Assembly: GCA_027317185.1 (NCBI GenBank)
Contig: DAHVFB010000048.1
Coordinates: 1 to 27,396 of the forward strand
Origin: Deltaproteobacteria bacterium
GTDB taxonomy: Bacteria > Desulfobacterota > Binatia > Binatales > Binataceae
Direction: 5' to 3'
DNA: 27,396 bases
Shown here piece by piece: positions 8,997 to 19,075 of the stretch. Position numbers and translations under genes: made by a program. Each line of letters begins with the position of its first letter. Position 1 is the stretch's first letter. The notes beneath the pieces are model-generated. The model was not told the origin of the DNA. It made no database searches and worked only from the letters and a program-made list of their open reading frames with translations.

Positions 8997-10117
8997 GTGC
9001 CAGGATTTCGATCGAAAAAACCGCAGCTTCAGTCGAAGACGCCATTCGGCAGGCGCTTGAAGAACTCGGCGCACATGAGGACGATGTCATTATCGAGGTG
9101 CTGAGTACCCCGCGATCCGGGGTGCTGGGGCTTGGCGCGCGACAGGCCAAGGTCCGAGTCACCCGTCGGCCACCCGAGATTGCGCGCAGCGAGGCGCAGT
9201 CGCCACCGCCTGCGCCGCCACCGCAACGCACGCCCGATCAACCACGCCGTCCCTTGCCGCAGCGCCAGGAAACGAGCCGTCAGCCTGAGAATCAATCGCT
9301 TCCGCGTCCCGAAGAACGGCGTCCCGAAGAAAGACGGCCTCCGCGCCAGGAGCATCGGCAGAACCGTTCCGATGATCAGCGGCCTCGCGACGATCAGCGG
9401 CCTCGCGACGAACGGCGGCCTCGCGACGAACGGCGGCCACGTCCCGAGCGTGCGCCGCGAAACGATTCGCCAACGCCATCGCCGGAGCGTCCGCCGCGCG
9501 ATGAGGAACGCGGAAGTGAATCGGGATTGCCCGACAATCGACCTAATCTGGACCGCGCGGCGCAAACCCGTGAAGCGATCGAAGCGCTGACGCGCATCCT
9601 CGATCTGATGGGCGAGCGATGCGTGGTGGCCGAAGGCGACCAGGATCCGGAAAATATTGAACTCGAGATTAAGGGTGATGGCTCCGGGATCCTTATCGGC
9701 CGTCATGGTCAGACGCTGGATGCGCTCGAATACATCATCAACCGGATTCTCGCCCGGCGGGTGAAAGAGGCGCTCAACGTCGCGCTGGACACGGAGTCAT
9801 ATCGCGCCCGCCGCCGTCAGCAGATTCATCGGATGGCGCTTTCGATGGGTGAGCAGGCCAAACGCGAACATGAGACGGTGCACCTCGAGCCGATGCCGCC
9901 GCGTGAGCGCCGAATCGTCCATCTGGCGCTCAAAGACGATCCTTTGATAACCACCCGTTCCGCCGGCGAGGGCTACCTGCGCACGATCGAAATCGTTCCG
10001 GTCGGAGGTGGTGCGCCGCGTGAGGGCCATTCGCGCGATCGGAATCGTGAGCATAACCGCGAACCGGCGATTGGCGAGCAGGGCGGCTTCAAACACGGCC
10101 AGAAACGGATCATCTAA
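8993..10117 (+). CDS. khpB: Jag/KhpB RNA-binding protein (Jag_N + KH + R3H) with a ~130-aa Arg/Pro/Glu/Asp-rich repetitive insert
   Basis: The Jag N-domain is MSARISIEKTAASVEDAIRQALEELG. A KH-like region follows (ENIELEIKGDGSGILIGRHGQTLDALEYIINRI), then an R3H region (RRIVHLALKDDPLITTRSAGEGYLRTIEI). Its start overlaps the yidC stop (ATGA). It has the canonical position after yidC. Confidence 0.85.
   Translation: MSARISIEKTAASVEDAIRQALEELGAHEDDVIIEVLSTPRSGVLGLGARQAKVRVTRRPPEIARSEAQSPPPAPPPQRTPDQPRRPLPQRQETSRQPENQSLPRPEERRPEERRPPRQEHRQNRSDDQRPRDDQRPRDERRPRDERRPRPERAPRNDSPTPSPERPPRDEERGSESGLPDNRPNLDRAAQTREAIEALTRILDLMGERCVVAEGDQDPENIELEIKGDGSGILIGRHGQTLDALEYIINRILARRVKEALNVALDTESYRARRRQQIHRMALSMGEQAKREHETVHLEPMPPRERRIVHLALKDDPLITTRSAGEGYLRTIEIVPVGGGAPREGHSRDRNREHNREPAIGEQGGFKHGQKRII
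9374..9445 (+). repeat. Four tandem 18-bp coding repeats (GATCAGCGGCCTCGCGAC x2, GAACGGCGGCCTCGCGAC, degenerate 4th) inside jag/khpB
   Basis: Direct inspection shows they encode DQRPRD-DQRPRD-ERRPRD-ERRPRP. Adjacent 15-bp repeats encode PEERR x2 (9309-9340). Confidence 0.8.
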
Positions 10118-10160
10118 CAAAGCTCTGCATCAGGCCCACGTTGTCCAATTGCGCAGAGAG

Positions 10161-10190
10161 ATAGCCGGACGTGAACTAACGTCCGGCTAT
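10161..10190. terminator. Perfect 11-bp stem hairpin (ATAGCCGGACG-tgaactaa-CGTCCGGCTAT) between convergent jag and ferredoxin genes; likely a bidirectional terminator
   Basis: It is a perfect inverted repeat. It is the only strong structure in the 129-bp convergent spacer. The plus strand downstream has TTTCTTTCC. Confidence 0.5.
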
Positions 10191-10246
10191 CGCGCATTGA
10201 TACGATTTCTTTCCAACCCGGCCTTGCGGTTGGATGGACTCACCGC

Positions 10247-10606
10247 TCAGGCGTTGGGATCGAGTCCCCACTTCTTCTTGTTCGCCGCCACTTGTTCAGA
10301 AGTCGGATGCTCTACGGTACCGAAGGTTTTGACCTTGAATTGATCATTCAACTCAACCGATTTCCGGTTCAGCGCGGTATCGTCCTTGAAGACCTCGGGC
10401 ACCGCCGGCTCTTCGAAGATCGCCTGCCACGGGCATTCGGGTTCGCAGGCGCCGCAGTCGATGCATTCATCCGGATTGATATAAAGCTGATTCGGAAAAT
10501 GTTCCTTGTCCGAACCAACATACTCGTAGATGCAATCGACCGGACACACGCTCACGCATCCGGTATCGACACAATCAATGCAAAGACGGGTTATGACCCA
10601 TGGCAT
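10247..10606 (-). CDS. fdxA: 7Fe ferredoxin ([3Fe-4S][4Fe-4S], FdxA-type) with C-terminal extension
   Basis: It has [28 protein letters not shown] and [22 protein letters not shown], the classic CxxCxxxxCxxxCP / CxxCxxCxxxCP spacing of FdxA-type ferredoxins. The likely start is the Met at 10606. The upstream 14 codons of the ORF (to 10648) are doubtful. Confidence 0.85.
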   Translation of the reverse strand: MPWVITRLCIDCVDTGCVSVCPVDCIYEYVGSDKEHFPNQLYINPDECIDCGACEPECPWQAIFEEPAVPEVFKDDTALNRKSVELNDQFKVKTFGTVEHPTSEQVAANKKKWGLDPNA

Positions 10607-10811
10607 AGCTCTAGTATCCTCTCCTTCAACGACCAGACTAATCGTCAAACGGCCGCGATTTAAATTCCGCGATCAAACGGGCCGGTGATAAATTCTGCCG
10701 GCTGCTTTCGCGGCGTATACAGGTATCGGCCACTTTGCACGATCGAATTCTCGGTTACAATAACCCTGAATACTCGGCCCAACGGCTAGCACAAAGCAGG
10801 ATGATATTGAA

Positions 10812-12230
<1,419 letters not shown>

Positions 12231-12255
12231 CACAACCGCCGCATCGGGAGGGGGA

Positions 12256-12417
12256 ATGATGGCCGCGAGAGTTGCGCCGTTGGTTAGTTCGGTGATTATC
12301 GCCGGATCGATAGCGATGATCGCCGCGATACTGGCGATCGCATCGGTGGTACATGCCGCGGGCCCGCAACTCCCGCCCGGCGATCCGTTGATCGACCCGC
12401 CGATCGTCAATGGGTAG
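12256..12417 (+). other. SD-preceded ORF segment encoding a signal peptide (MMAARVAPLVSSVIIAGSIAMIAAILAIASVVHAAGPQLPPGDPLIDPPIVNG), terminated by TAG 12415-12417 in the same frame as the downstream pLGIC ORF
   Basis: GGGAGGGGG lies 5 nt upstream of ATG 12256. It has a hydrophobic h-region and an AxA-like site (VHA-AG). Its frame is identical to that of ORF 12442..13338. Confidence 0.6.
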
Positions 12418-12441
12418 CCGGTCAAAGTCCGGATTGCGCTG

Positions 12442-13338
12442 GTGATCACCAACATCGCGGGCATCGACGAGGCCGCCGAGCGTTTCCAGATCAACGCCTA
12501 CCTGTTCGCCGATTGGCGCGACCCGCGCCTGCAACATCCGCCGAAACCCGGCGGACTGCCGGTCAGCTACCGGCCCGGCGAGATCTGGCATCCGCAGGCC
12601 GAGTTCGTCAACGCGGTCAGGCCGCACGAACGCCAGGATATCTCGCTCGCGGCCGAGGCCGACGGCACGGTGCATTACGTGGAACGGCTGGACGCCGAAC
12701 TATCATCGAAATTTTTTCTGCGCAGCTTTCCCTTCGATAGCCAGACTTTGCAGATCGTTATTCATCCGTTCGCCAGCGAGGCCCGCTATGTGACCTACAC
12801 CGTCGATCGCGCGCGCAGCTCGACCGCCTCGGAATTCAATGCCTACAGCTCGCTGGCCGATTGGAAGGTGACCGGAATGACGCCGGTCGAATCGATTGTG
12901 CGCTCGGTAAACGGCGGCGAAGTCTCCGAGGTCCGCTTCGAAATCAAGGCTGTGCGCCAGTATGAATTTTATATCTGGAAAATTTTCCTGCCGCTGTTTC
13001 TGATGGTGATGCTGTCGTGGACCGTGTTCTGGATGGACCCGTTCGATTTAAAGAACCAGATTCAGGTCGCGGTGGTGACGCTGCTGACAGTAATCGCCTT
13101 CGCGCTGGCGATTTCTTCCAGCCTGCCCAAGGTTCCATATCTCACGTTCTCCGATGCTTTCTTCCTCACCTGCTACATCTTCGTTTTCATTTCGATTATC
13201 GAGCTGATGACGGTACATGTCACTCATCGCAGGCGCGGCAAGGATTTCGGCCTGCGCATCCGCCGAGTCTCGCGATGGCTGGTGCCGCTCGGTTTCTGCC
13301 TGACGCTGGCGGTCATCGCATTCCGCTTTCTGACCTAA
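12442..13338 (+). CDS. Prokaryotic pentameric ligand-gated ion channel (Cys-loop receptor superfamily; ECD + 4 TM). The ORF shown lacks its signal peptide because of an upstream in-frame TAG, so it is a possible pseudogene
   Basis: The extracellular-domain beta-strands (IALVITNIAGIDEAAERFQINAYLFADWRDPRLQ) resemble the GLIC/ELIC N-terminus. There is a 'Cys-loop' equivalent FPFDSQTLQIVI. M1-M3 run ...YIWKIFLPLFLMVMLSWTVFWMD...VAVVTLLTVIAFAL... There is a short M3-M4 loop and a C-terminal M4. Confidence 0.8.
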   Translation: MITNIAGIDEAAERFQINAYLFADWRDPRLQHPPKPGGLPVSYRPGEIWHPQAEFVNAVRPHERQDISLAAEADGTVHYVERLDAELSSKFFLRSFPFDSQTLQIVIHPFASEARYVTYTVDRARSSTASEFNAYSSLADWKVTGMTPVESIVRSVNGGEVSEVRFEIKAVRQYEFYIWKIFLPLFLMVMLSWTVFWMDPFDLKNQIQVAVVTLLTVIAFALAISSSLPKVPYLTFSDAFFLTCYIFVFISIIELMTVHVTHRRRGKDFGLRIRRVSRWLVPLGFCLTLAVIAFRFLT

Positions 13339-13374
13339 AGACGGAATAAAAAGAATTAGGTGCCGAGGTAATCG

Positions 13375-13647
13375 ATGAACTTTAATTTCAGCCCGCTTAG
13401 CTTCGCACACGCACTTGAATTTCTGCATTGGTGGCAATGGGCGGTCCTTGCAGTTTGGGGTTTGCTATTTTTGTGGATTCTTGAAGATTTCCCGAAACTT
13501 GCTGCCTTTTTCGCTCTTATGCCTCGTCACCCGGTAATTGCGGGCGTAGCATCCTTCTCTACAGTCTGGTCGCTCGGCACACTTTTCAACGATTTGGTCA
13601 TCAAGCGGCAACTAGCCAAGAATCACAAGCTGGAGACCCTAAATTAA
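13375..13647 (+). CDS. Small hypothetical membrane protein (90 aa, 1-2 predicted TM helices), compositionally atypical (low GC)
   Basis: GAGGT lies 6 nt upstream of the ATG. It is a 270-nt open frame in a ~47% GC stretch, where random ORFs are unlikely. It has a hydrophobic core, WQWAVLAVWGLLFLWIL. Confidence 0.45.
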   Translation: MNFNFSPLSFAHALEFLHWWQWAVLAVWGLLFLWILEDFPKLAAFFALMPRHPVIAGVASFSTVWSLGTLFNDLVIKRQLAKNHKLETLN

Positions 13648-13864
13648 TTTCGGACGATTCACGCCGGAGCTGATTTGACATGCGCCAAAGTAGCGTGATC
13701 GCGAACGCTCGCATTGGTGATGCTTATTGCTGCGCGCAGAACTACAATCGGAATCTAATGGAGCGCGAACGCGAAACCCGAACTGGCCGCCAACCATCAT
13801 TCACCCAGCCGGTCATCATTAAAACTGTGATTAACAATTGCGTTGATAACGCGAGGAGCCGACG

Positions 13865-15022
13865 ATGAAATTCGGTGCTTTCTACCTGCATCAGGTGCCA
13901 CGTCCCTGGGATCAAGAGACCGAGCATCGCTATTTCAAGGACGCGCTGGCGCAGGTCGAACTGCTCGACCGTGTCGGTTTCGATTATTTCTGGGTCGCCG
14001 AGCATCATTTTCTGGAGGAATATTCGCACTCCTCGGCCCCAGAGATTTTCCTCGCCGCCTGTACCCAGCGCACCTCGCGAATCCGGCTCGGCCAGGGCAT
14101 CGTGCAGCTTCCGCCCTTGATCAATCATCCGGTGCGCGTCGCGGAAAGGATCGCCACGCTTGATCTGATCAGCGACGGCCGCATCGAGTTCGGCACCGGC
14201 GAAGGCGCTTGCGAGGGCGAGCTGGAAAGCTTTCACGTCTCGCTCGATGAGAAGCGGGCGATGTGGCTCGAAGGCTTGCAGGCGGTCTCCCGGCTACTGG
14301 TCGAGGCTCCATTTCAGGGCTACCAGGGTAAGTACCTGGATCTTCCGATCCGCAATCTCGTGCCCAAGCCTTATCAGAAGCCGCATCCGCCGATGTGGCT
14401 CGCCTGCTCGCGCTACGAAACCATCCTGCGCGCGGCGCGGCTCGGATTAGGCGCGCTGTGTTTCGCCTTCGTGACGCCGGAAGAGGCGGCGAAATGGGTG
14501 CGCGACTATTACGAGACCTTTGAAAACGAGTGCGAACCGGTGGCGCAAGGTATCAACCCGAACATCGCCGTCATGTATCCATTTTTATGCGATCGCGACG
14601 AAGCGCGGGCGAAAGCTCTCGCCTCGCAGGACCAGGGCTTTTTCACGTACGGACTGGCGCATTATTCGATGTCGAAAGACCACGAAGCCGGCAAAACTGA
14701 TCTGTGGGACGAATACCGCAATCATCCGCGCGAAGTGAATCTGCCGTTCGGCAAGACCAACTGTGTCGGCACCCCGGAGCAGCTCACCACGATGCTGCGC
14801 GAGTTTGAACCGGCCGGACTCGACCAGATCATCTTTTTGTCGCAGGCCGGCAAGATTTCGCATCAGACCCTATGTTCATCGTTCGAGCTTTTCAGCCAGG
14901 AAGTGATGCCCGCCTTCAAGCAGCACGAGCAGCAACGCGCCGCGGAAAAACAGGCGCTGGTCCAACGTCTGACGGAAAAGATTCAGCGGCGATCGCAGGC
15001 CCGGAAGTCGAACGCGGCCTGA
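13865..15022 (+). CDS. LLM-class (luciferase-like) flavin-dependent oxidoreductase/monooxygenase
   Basis: 385 aa. The N-terminal MKFGAFYL...RVGFDYFWVAEHHF is the hallmark start of bacterial luciferase-like TIM-barrel oxidoreductases. The cofactor (FMN vs F420) cannot be decided from sequence alone. Confidence 0.8.
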   Translation: MKFGAFYLHQVPRPWDQETEHRYFKDALAQVELLDRVGFDYFWVAEHHFLEEYSHSSAPEIFLAACTQRTSRIRLGQGIVQLPPLINHPVRVAERIATLDLISDGRIEFGTGEGACEGELESFHVSLDEKRAMWLEGLQAVSRLLVEAPFQGYQGKYLDLPIRNLVPKPYQKPHPPMWLACSRYETILRAARLGLGALCFAFVTPEEAAKWVRDYYETFENECEPVAQGINPNIAVMYPFLCDRDEARAKALASQDQGFFTYGLAHYSMSKDHEAGKTDLWDEYRNHPREVNLPFGKTNCVGTPEQLTTMLREFEPAGLDQIIFLSQAGKISHQTLCSSFELFSQEVMPAFKQHEQQRAAEKQALVQRLTEKIQRRSQARKSNAA

Positions 15023-16633
15023 TCACATCCGGAAGATGCCGAAGCTGGCGGCGGGCGGTATCGGCGCGTTGAGCGACGCCGCGATCCCGAGCGCCAGCGC
15101 CTTGCGGGTTTCGATCGGATCGATCACGCCGTCGTCCCACAAGCGCGCGCTGGAATAATAGCAACTCGACTCGCGCTCGTATTTTTCCAGCGTTGGGCGC
15201 ATGAATTCGGCCTGTTCCGGCGGCGTCATGGTCTGGCCCGCGGTCTTCATCTGGTCGAGCTTGACCGTCAGCAGCGTGTTCGCCGCCTGCGCGCCGCCCA
15301 TCACTGAGATGCGGGCGTTGGGCCACATGAACAGCAGCCGCGGCTGATAGGCGCGTCCGCACATGCCATAGTTTCCCGCGCCGTTGGAGGCGCCGATCAT
15401 CACCGTGAACCGGGGCACCTGGGCATTCGCCACCGCGTTGACCAGCTTGGCTCCGTCCTTCGCGATGCCGCCCTGTTCGTAGCGCTTGCCGACGATAAAG
15501 CCGGTGATGTTTTGCAGAAAAATGAGCGGTATCTGGCGTGCGCAGCATAGCTCGACGAAATGCGCCGCCTTGAGCGCCGATTCGCTGAACAGAACCCCGT
15601 TGTTCGCCACGATTCCAACCGGATAGCCAAAAATGCGCGCGAAGCCGGTCACGATCGAGGTGCCGTAGCGCGCCTTGAATTCGTGCATCCGGCTGCCGTC
15701 CACCATCCGCGCGATAATTTCCCGCACCTCGAAGGGCTTGCGCGGGTCGCTGCTGACGATGCCGTACAATTCGGCCGGGTCGTAGTAGGGATCTTCGGGT
15801 TGGTCCTGAATGATCGCAGGCGCGGCTTTCGGGCCGAGGTTGGAAAAAATCGAGCGCGCGATCTGGAGCGCATGCCGATCGTCGTCGGCCAGATGGTCGC
15901 TCACACCCGAAATCCGCGTATGCACATCGCCGCCGCCCAGTTCCTCGGCGGTCACCTGTTCCCCGGTCGCCGCGCGCACCAGCGGCGGTCCGGCCAGAAA
16001 GATCGTGCCCTGGTCTTTGACGATTACGTTCTCGTCGCACATCGCGGGCACGTAGGCGCCGCCGGCCGTGCATGATCCCATCACCACCGCGACCTGCGGA
16101 ATACCGATCGCGGACATTCGCGCCTGGTTGTAAAAAATACGCCCGAAGTGGTCGCGATCCGGAAACACCTGGTCCTGCAGCGGCAGGAATGCGCCACCGG
16201 AATCGACCAGATAAGCGCAGGGCAGCCGGTTCTCAGCGGCGATCTCCTGGGCCCGCAGATGCTTCTTCACCGTCATCGGATAGTAGGCGCCGCCCTTGAC
16301 CGTGGCGTCGTTCGCCACCACCATCGTCTCGCGCCCATGCACCCGTCCGACGCCGGTGACGATTCCCGCCGACGGCGCTTCATCGTCATACATTTCGAAC
16401 GCGGCCAGCGGCGACAATTCCAGGAACGGGCTTTCGCGATCGAGCAGGCCGCGGATACGATCGCGGGCCAGCAGCTTGCCGCGCTTGAGATGCCGCTCGC
16501 GCGCATGTTCCGGTCCGCCGAGCTGCACCCGCGCGATGGTCTCGCGCAATTCCTTCGTGATCGACTCCGTCAGCTCGCGATTGATCCGAAACTCCTCGCT
16601 GTTCACCTTCACGCGCGTCTGAATTCGTTCCAT
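15023..16633 (-). CDS. Biotin-dependent carboxyltransferase, methylcrotonyl-CoA carboxylase beta-subunit type (acyl-CoA carboxylase CT subunit)
   Basis: 536 aa. The motifs [43 protein letters not shown] and [37 protein letters not shown] match the MCCase/PCC beta carboxyltransferase family. Confidence 0.85.
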   Translation of the reverse strand: MERIQTRVKVNSEEFRINRELTESITKELRETIARVQLGGPEHARERHLKRGKLLARDRIRGLLDRESPFLELSPLAAFEMYDDEAPSAGIVTGVGRVHGRETMVVANDATVKGGAYYPMTVKKHLRAQEIAAENRLPCAYLVDSGGAFLPLQDQVFPDRDHFGRIFYNQARMSAIGIPQVAVVMGSCTAGGAYVPAMCDENVIVKDQGTIFLAGPPLVRAATGEQVTAEELGGGDVHTRISGVSDHLADDDRHALQIARSIFSNLGPKAAPAIIQDQPEDPYYDPAELYGIVSSDPRKPFEVREIIARMVDGSRMHEFKARYGTSIVTGFARIFGYPVGIVANNGVLFSESALKAAHFVELCCARQIPLIFLQNITGFIVGKRYEQGGIAKDGAKLVNAVANAQVPRFTVMIGASNGAGNYGMCGRAYQPRLLFMWPNARISVMGGAQAANTLLTVKLDQMKTAGQTMTPPEQAEFMRPTLEKYERESSCYYSSARLWDDGVIDPIETRKALALGIAASLNAPIPPAASFGIFRM

Positions 16634-16747
16634 CTTGGTTACCCTTCAGTTGCAGCGTCCGGCCCTGCTGCTCCCCGCTCCGGCCTGAGTTAGGCTAGAT
16701 ATTACCCATCTGAAAGATTCCGGGCGAAGCGTGGTGATACCCGAACG

Positions 16748-19075
16748 ATGCGTAATCGCGACCTGAGAGCGTTGGAATTCGACAAAGTGCTTGAAATCGC
16801 CGAGGGCTTCGCGGTCTCGGCACCGGGCCGCGATGCGGTCCGCGATCTCGCGCCATCGCGCGACCGCGATCAGGTGCGCGAACGGCTGCGCACCGCGGCC
16901 GAGTTGGCCGAATTGCGATTGCATTCTGGATCCCTTCCGGTCGGCGAGTTCACCGACCAGCGCGGCTTGATTCTGGCGGCCGCGCGCGAGGGCGCCGTAC
17001 TCGATGGAGCCTCGCTGGTCCGCATCCGCGATTTCGTGCTCGCCGCGCGGCATCTGTCGGCCTTCATGCGATCGCGGGTCGAACCATATCCCCATCTCAG
17101 CACAATCGCTGCGATGCTGGTGGCGCCGAAGGAGCTCGCCGATGCGATGCTGTCGGCGCTGGCCGACGACGGCGGTCTGCTCGACGATGCCAGCCCTGAA
17201 CTGCACCGGCTGCGAAAGCGCCTGCGCGAGGGCCGCCTCGACCTCGAGACCCGGCTTTTCCGGGCGCTGAACGCGCCGGGAATGGAGCCGTTCATCTCCG
17301 ATTCCGTCGTCACTTTGCGCAATCGCCGCTTCGTCGTCCCGCTCAAGCTCAATTATGCCGACAAGCTGGAGGGCATCGTTCAGGATCGATCGGTCTCGGG
17401 CGAAACCCTGTTCGTGGAGCCGCTGTGGGCGATCGAACTTAACAACCGGCTGATGATGTTCGAGCGCGAGGCCGAGGCCGAGGAACGGCGCATCCTGATG
17501 GCGCTGAGCGCGATGGTGCGCGGTTATGCGCGCGAGTTGCGGATGACCTTCGATGCGATGGTGCGCCTGGACATGCTCAATGCCTGCGCAGTTTTCGCCG
17601 AGCGTTTCGGCGGTATCGAGCCCGAGCTTACCGAATGGGGCCTGGAGCTGACGGCGGCGCGCCATCCGATGCTGGTGGCGAGCGGGCGTGAAGTGGTGCC
17701 GATCGACATCGCGATCGGCGCTGATCAGCACGGCATCGTCATTTCCGGTCCCAACACCGGCGGTAAAACGGTGGCGCTCAAGACCGTCGGACTGCTCTCG
17801 ATGATGGCGCAGGCGGGGCTACTGATACCCGCGCAACGCGCGCGGCTGCCGGTCTTCAGCTCGTGTTTTGTCGATATCGGCGACGAGCAATCGATCGAAC
17901 GGAACCTTTCGAGCTTCGCCGCCCATATCATGAACCTGCGCGAAATTGTCGATTCTTTCGCCGAACCGGCGCTCGTGATCCTCGATGAACCGGGTGCCGG
18001 CACCGACCCCACCGAAGGGGCCGCGCTCGCGATCGGGATGATGAACTATTTCAAGGCCCGCAAGTGCCTGCTCGGGATCGCGACGCATTCAAACGCGGTC
18101 AAGCTGCACGCTTATTCGAGCGGCGGTTTCGAGGCGGCGGCGGTCGATTTCGATCCCGAACGGCTGCTGCCGCGGTATCGGTTGAAACCGCATACCATTG
18201 GCGAGAGCTACGGCCTGGCGGTGGCGCGCCGGCTGGGCTTGCCCGACGAGATCGTCAGTGCCGCCGAAGCTGCCCGTGGCGAGGCGAATATCCAGCTCGA
18301 TCGCGTTCTTCGTCAGCTCGAACAGGAACGCGACGCACTGCACGCCGCGCGGGAGCGGCTGACAGAACGCGCGCGCGAACTCGATATGCAGCAGCAGCGC
18401 AATCTCGAACAAGCCGCGCACGAACGCCGTAAGTACACGGCCGAGACAGAACGATTGCGCGCCGAAGCGCAGAATTTAATCGCGGAGCTGCGCCGTCAAA
18501 GCGCCGATCTGGCAAAAGAAATCCGCGCGGGAACAAAGCCGCGATCGAGCATGACCGCGATGCTCAACCAGGCCGTGGAACGGATGGCCGGTCTGACGCC
18601 GGAGGGCGCGGAAGCTGACCCCGGATCGCAGACGCCGTTTAAGGTCGGCGACCAGGTCGAGGTCGGCGATCTGCGGGGCGAACTGCTGCAACTGGATCAG
18701 AATCGCGCGGTGATCGGACGCGGCGGCCTGCGCATCGAAGTCGCCCTCGACCGGCTGCGGCATGCGCGCACGCCACAACCCTCAAGATCTTCCCGGCGGC
18801 CGCAGGTCAGTGTCGCGGCTGCCGCCAGCGGCGACGCCGAGATCAATTTGATTGGAATGCGAACCGCCGAGGCGCTCCACAGGCTCGAAGAGTTCCTCGA
18901 TCAGGCCTACCTGACCAACCGCGCCGAAGTGCGTATCGTACATGGAATCGGTTCGGGCGCGCTGCGCAAAGCGATCCACGAATACCTGGGCAACTCGGCG
19001 TACTCAGCTTCGTTCCGCGAAGCCGAGCCGCATCAGGGAGGCGCCGGCGCGACGGTCGTGACACTCAGCCTGTGA
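16748..19075 (+). CDS. mutS2: Endonuclease MutS2 (MutS domain III/ATPase + C-terminal Smr)
   Basis: 775 aa with Walker A GPNTGGKTVALKTVGL and Walker B ILDEPGAGTDPTEG. The C-terminal Smr domain is INLIGMRTAEALHRLEEFLDQA...VRIVHGIGSGALRKAIHEYL. Confidence 0.9.
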   Translation: MRNRDLRALEFDKVLEIAEGFAVSAPGRDAVRDLAPSRDRDQVRERLRTAAELAELRLHSGSLPVGEFTDQRGLILAAAREGAVLDGASLVRIRDFVLAARHLSAFMRSRVEPYPHLSTIAAMLVAPKELADAMLSALADDGGLLDDASPELHRLRKRLREGRLDLETRLFRALNAPGMEPFISDSVVTLRNRRFVVPLKLNYADKLEGIVQDRSVSGETLFVEPLWAIELNNRLMMFEREAEAEERRILMALSAMVRGYARELRMTFDAMVRLDMLNACAVFAERFGGIEPELTEWGLELTAARHPMLVASGREVVPIDIAIGADQHGIVISGPNTGGKTVALKTVGLLSMMAQAGLLIPAQRARLPVFSSCFVDIGDEQSIERNLSSFAAHIMNLREIVDSFAEPALVILDEPGAGTDPTEGAALAIGMMNYFKARKCLLGIATHSNAVKLHAYSSGGFEAAAVDFDPERLLPRYRLKPHTIGESYGLAVARRLGLPDEIVSAAEAARGEANIQLDRVLRQLEQERDALHAARERLTERARELDMQQQRNLEQAAHERRKYTAETERLRAEAQNLIAELRRQSADLAKEIRAGTKPRSSMTAMLNQAVERMAGLTPEGAEADPGSQTPFKVGDQVEVGDLRGELLQLDQNRAVIGRGGLRIEVALDRLRHARTPQPSRSSRRPQVSVAAAASGDAEINLIGMRTAEALHRLEEFLDQAYLTNRAEVRIVHGIGSGALRKAIHEYLGNSAYSASFREAEPHQGGAGATVVTLSL

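Noticed and set aside
14916-16073. 385-aa minus-strand ORF (Arg/Gly-rich) overlapping the carboxyltransferase gene, and similar plus/minus ORFs at 15560-16693
   Set aside because: It lies wholly inside the well-supported MCCase-beta-type gene in another frame. It is extremely Arg-rich low-complexity, which is a high-GC artefact.
16646-17731. 361-aa minus-strand ORF antisense to mutS2
   Set aside because: It overlaps a strongly supported MutS2 gene and has no motifs. This is a GC-rich frame artefact.
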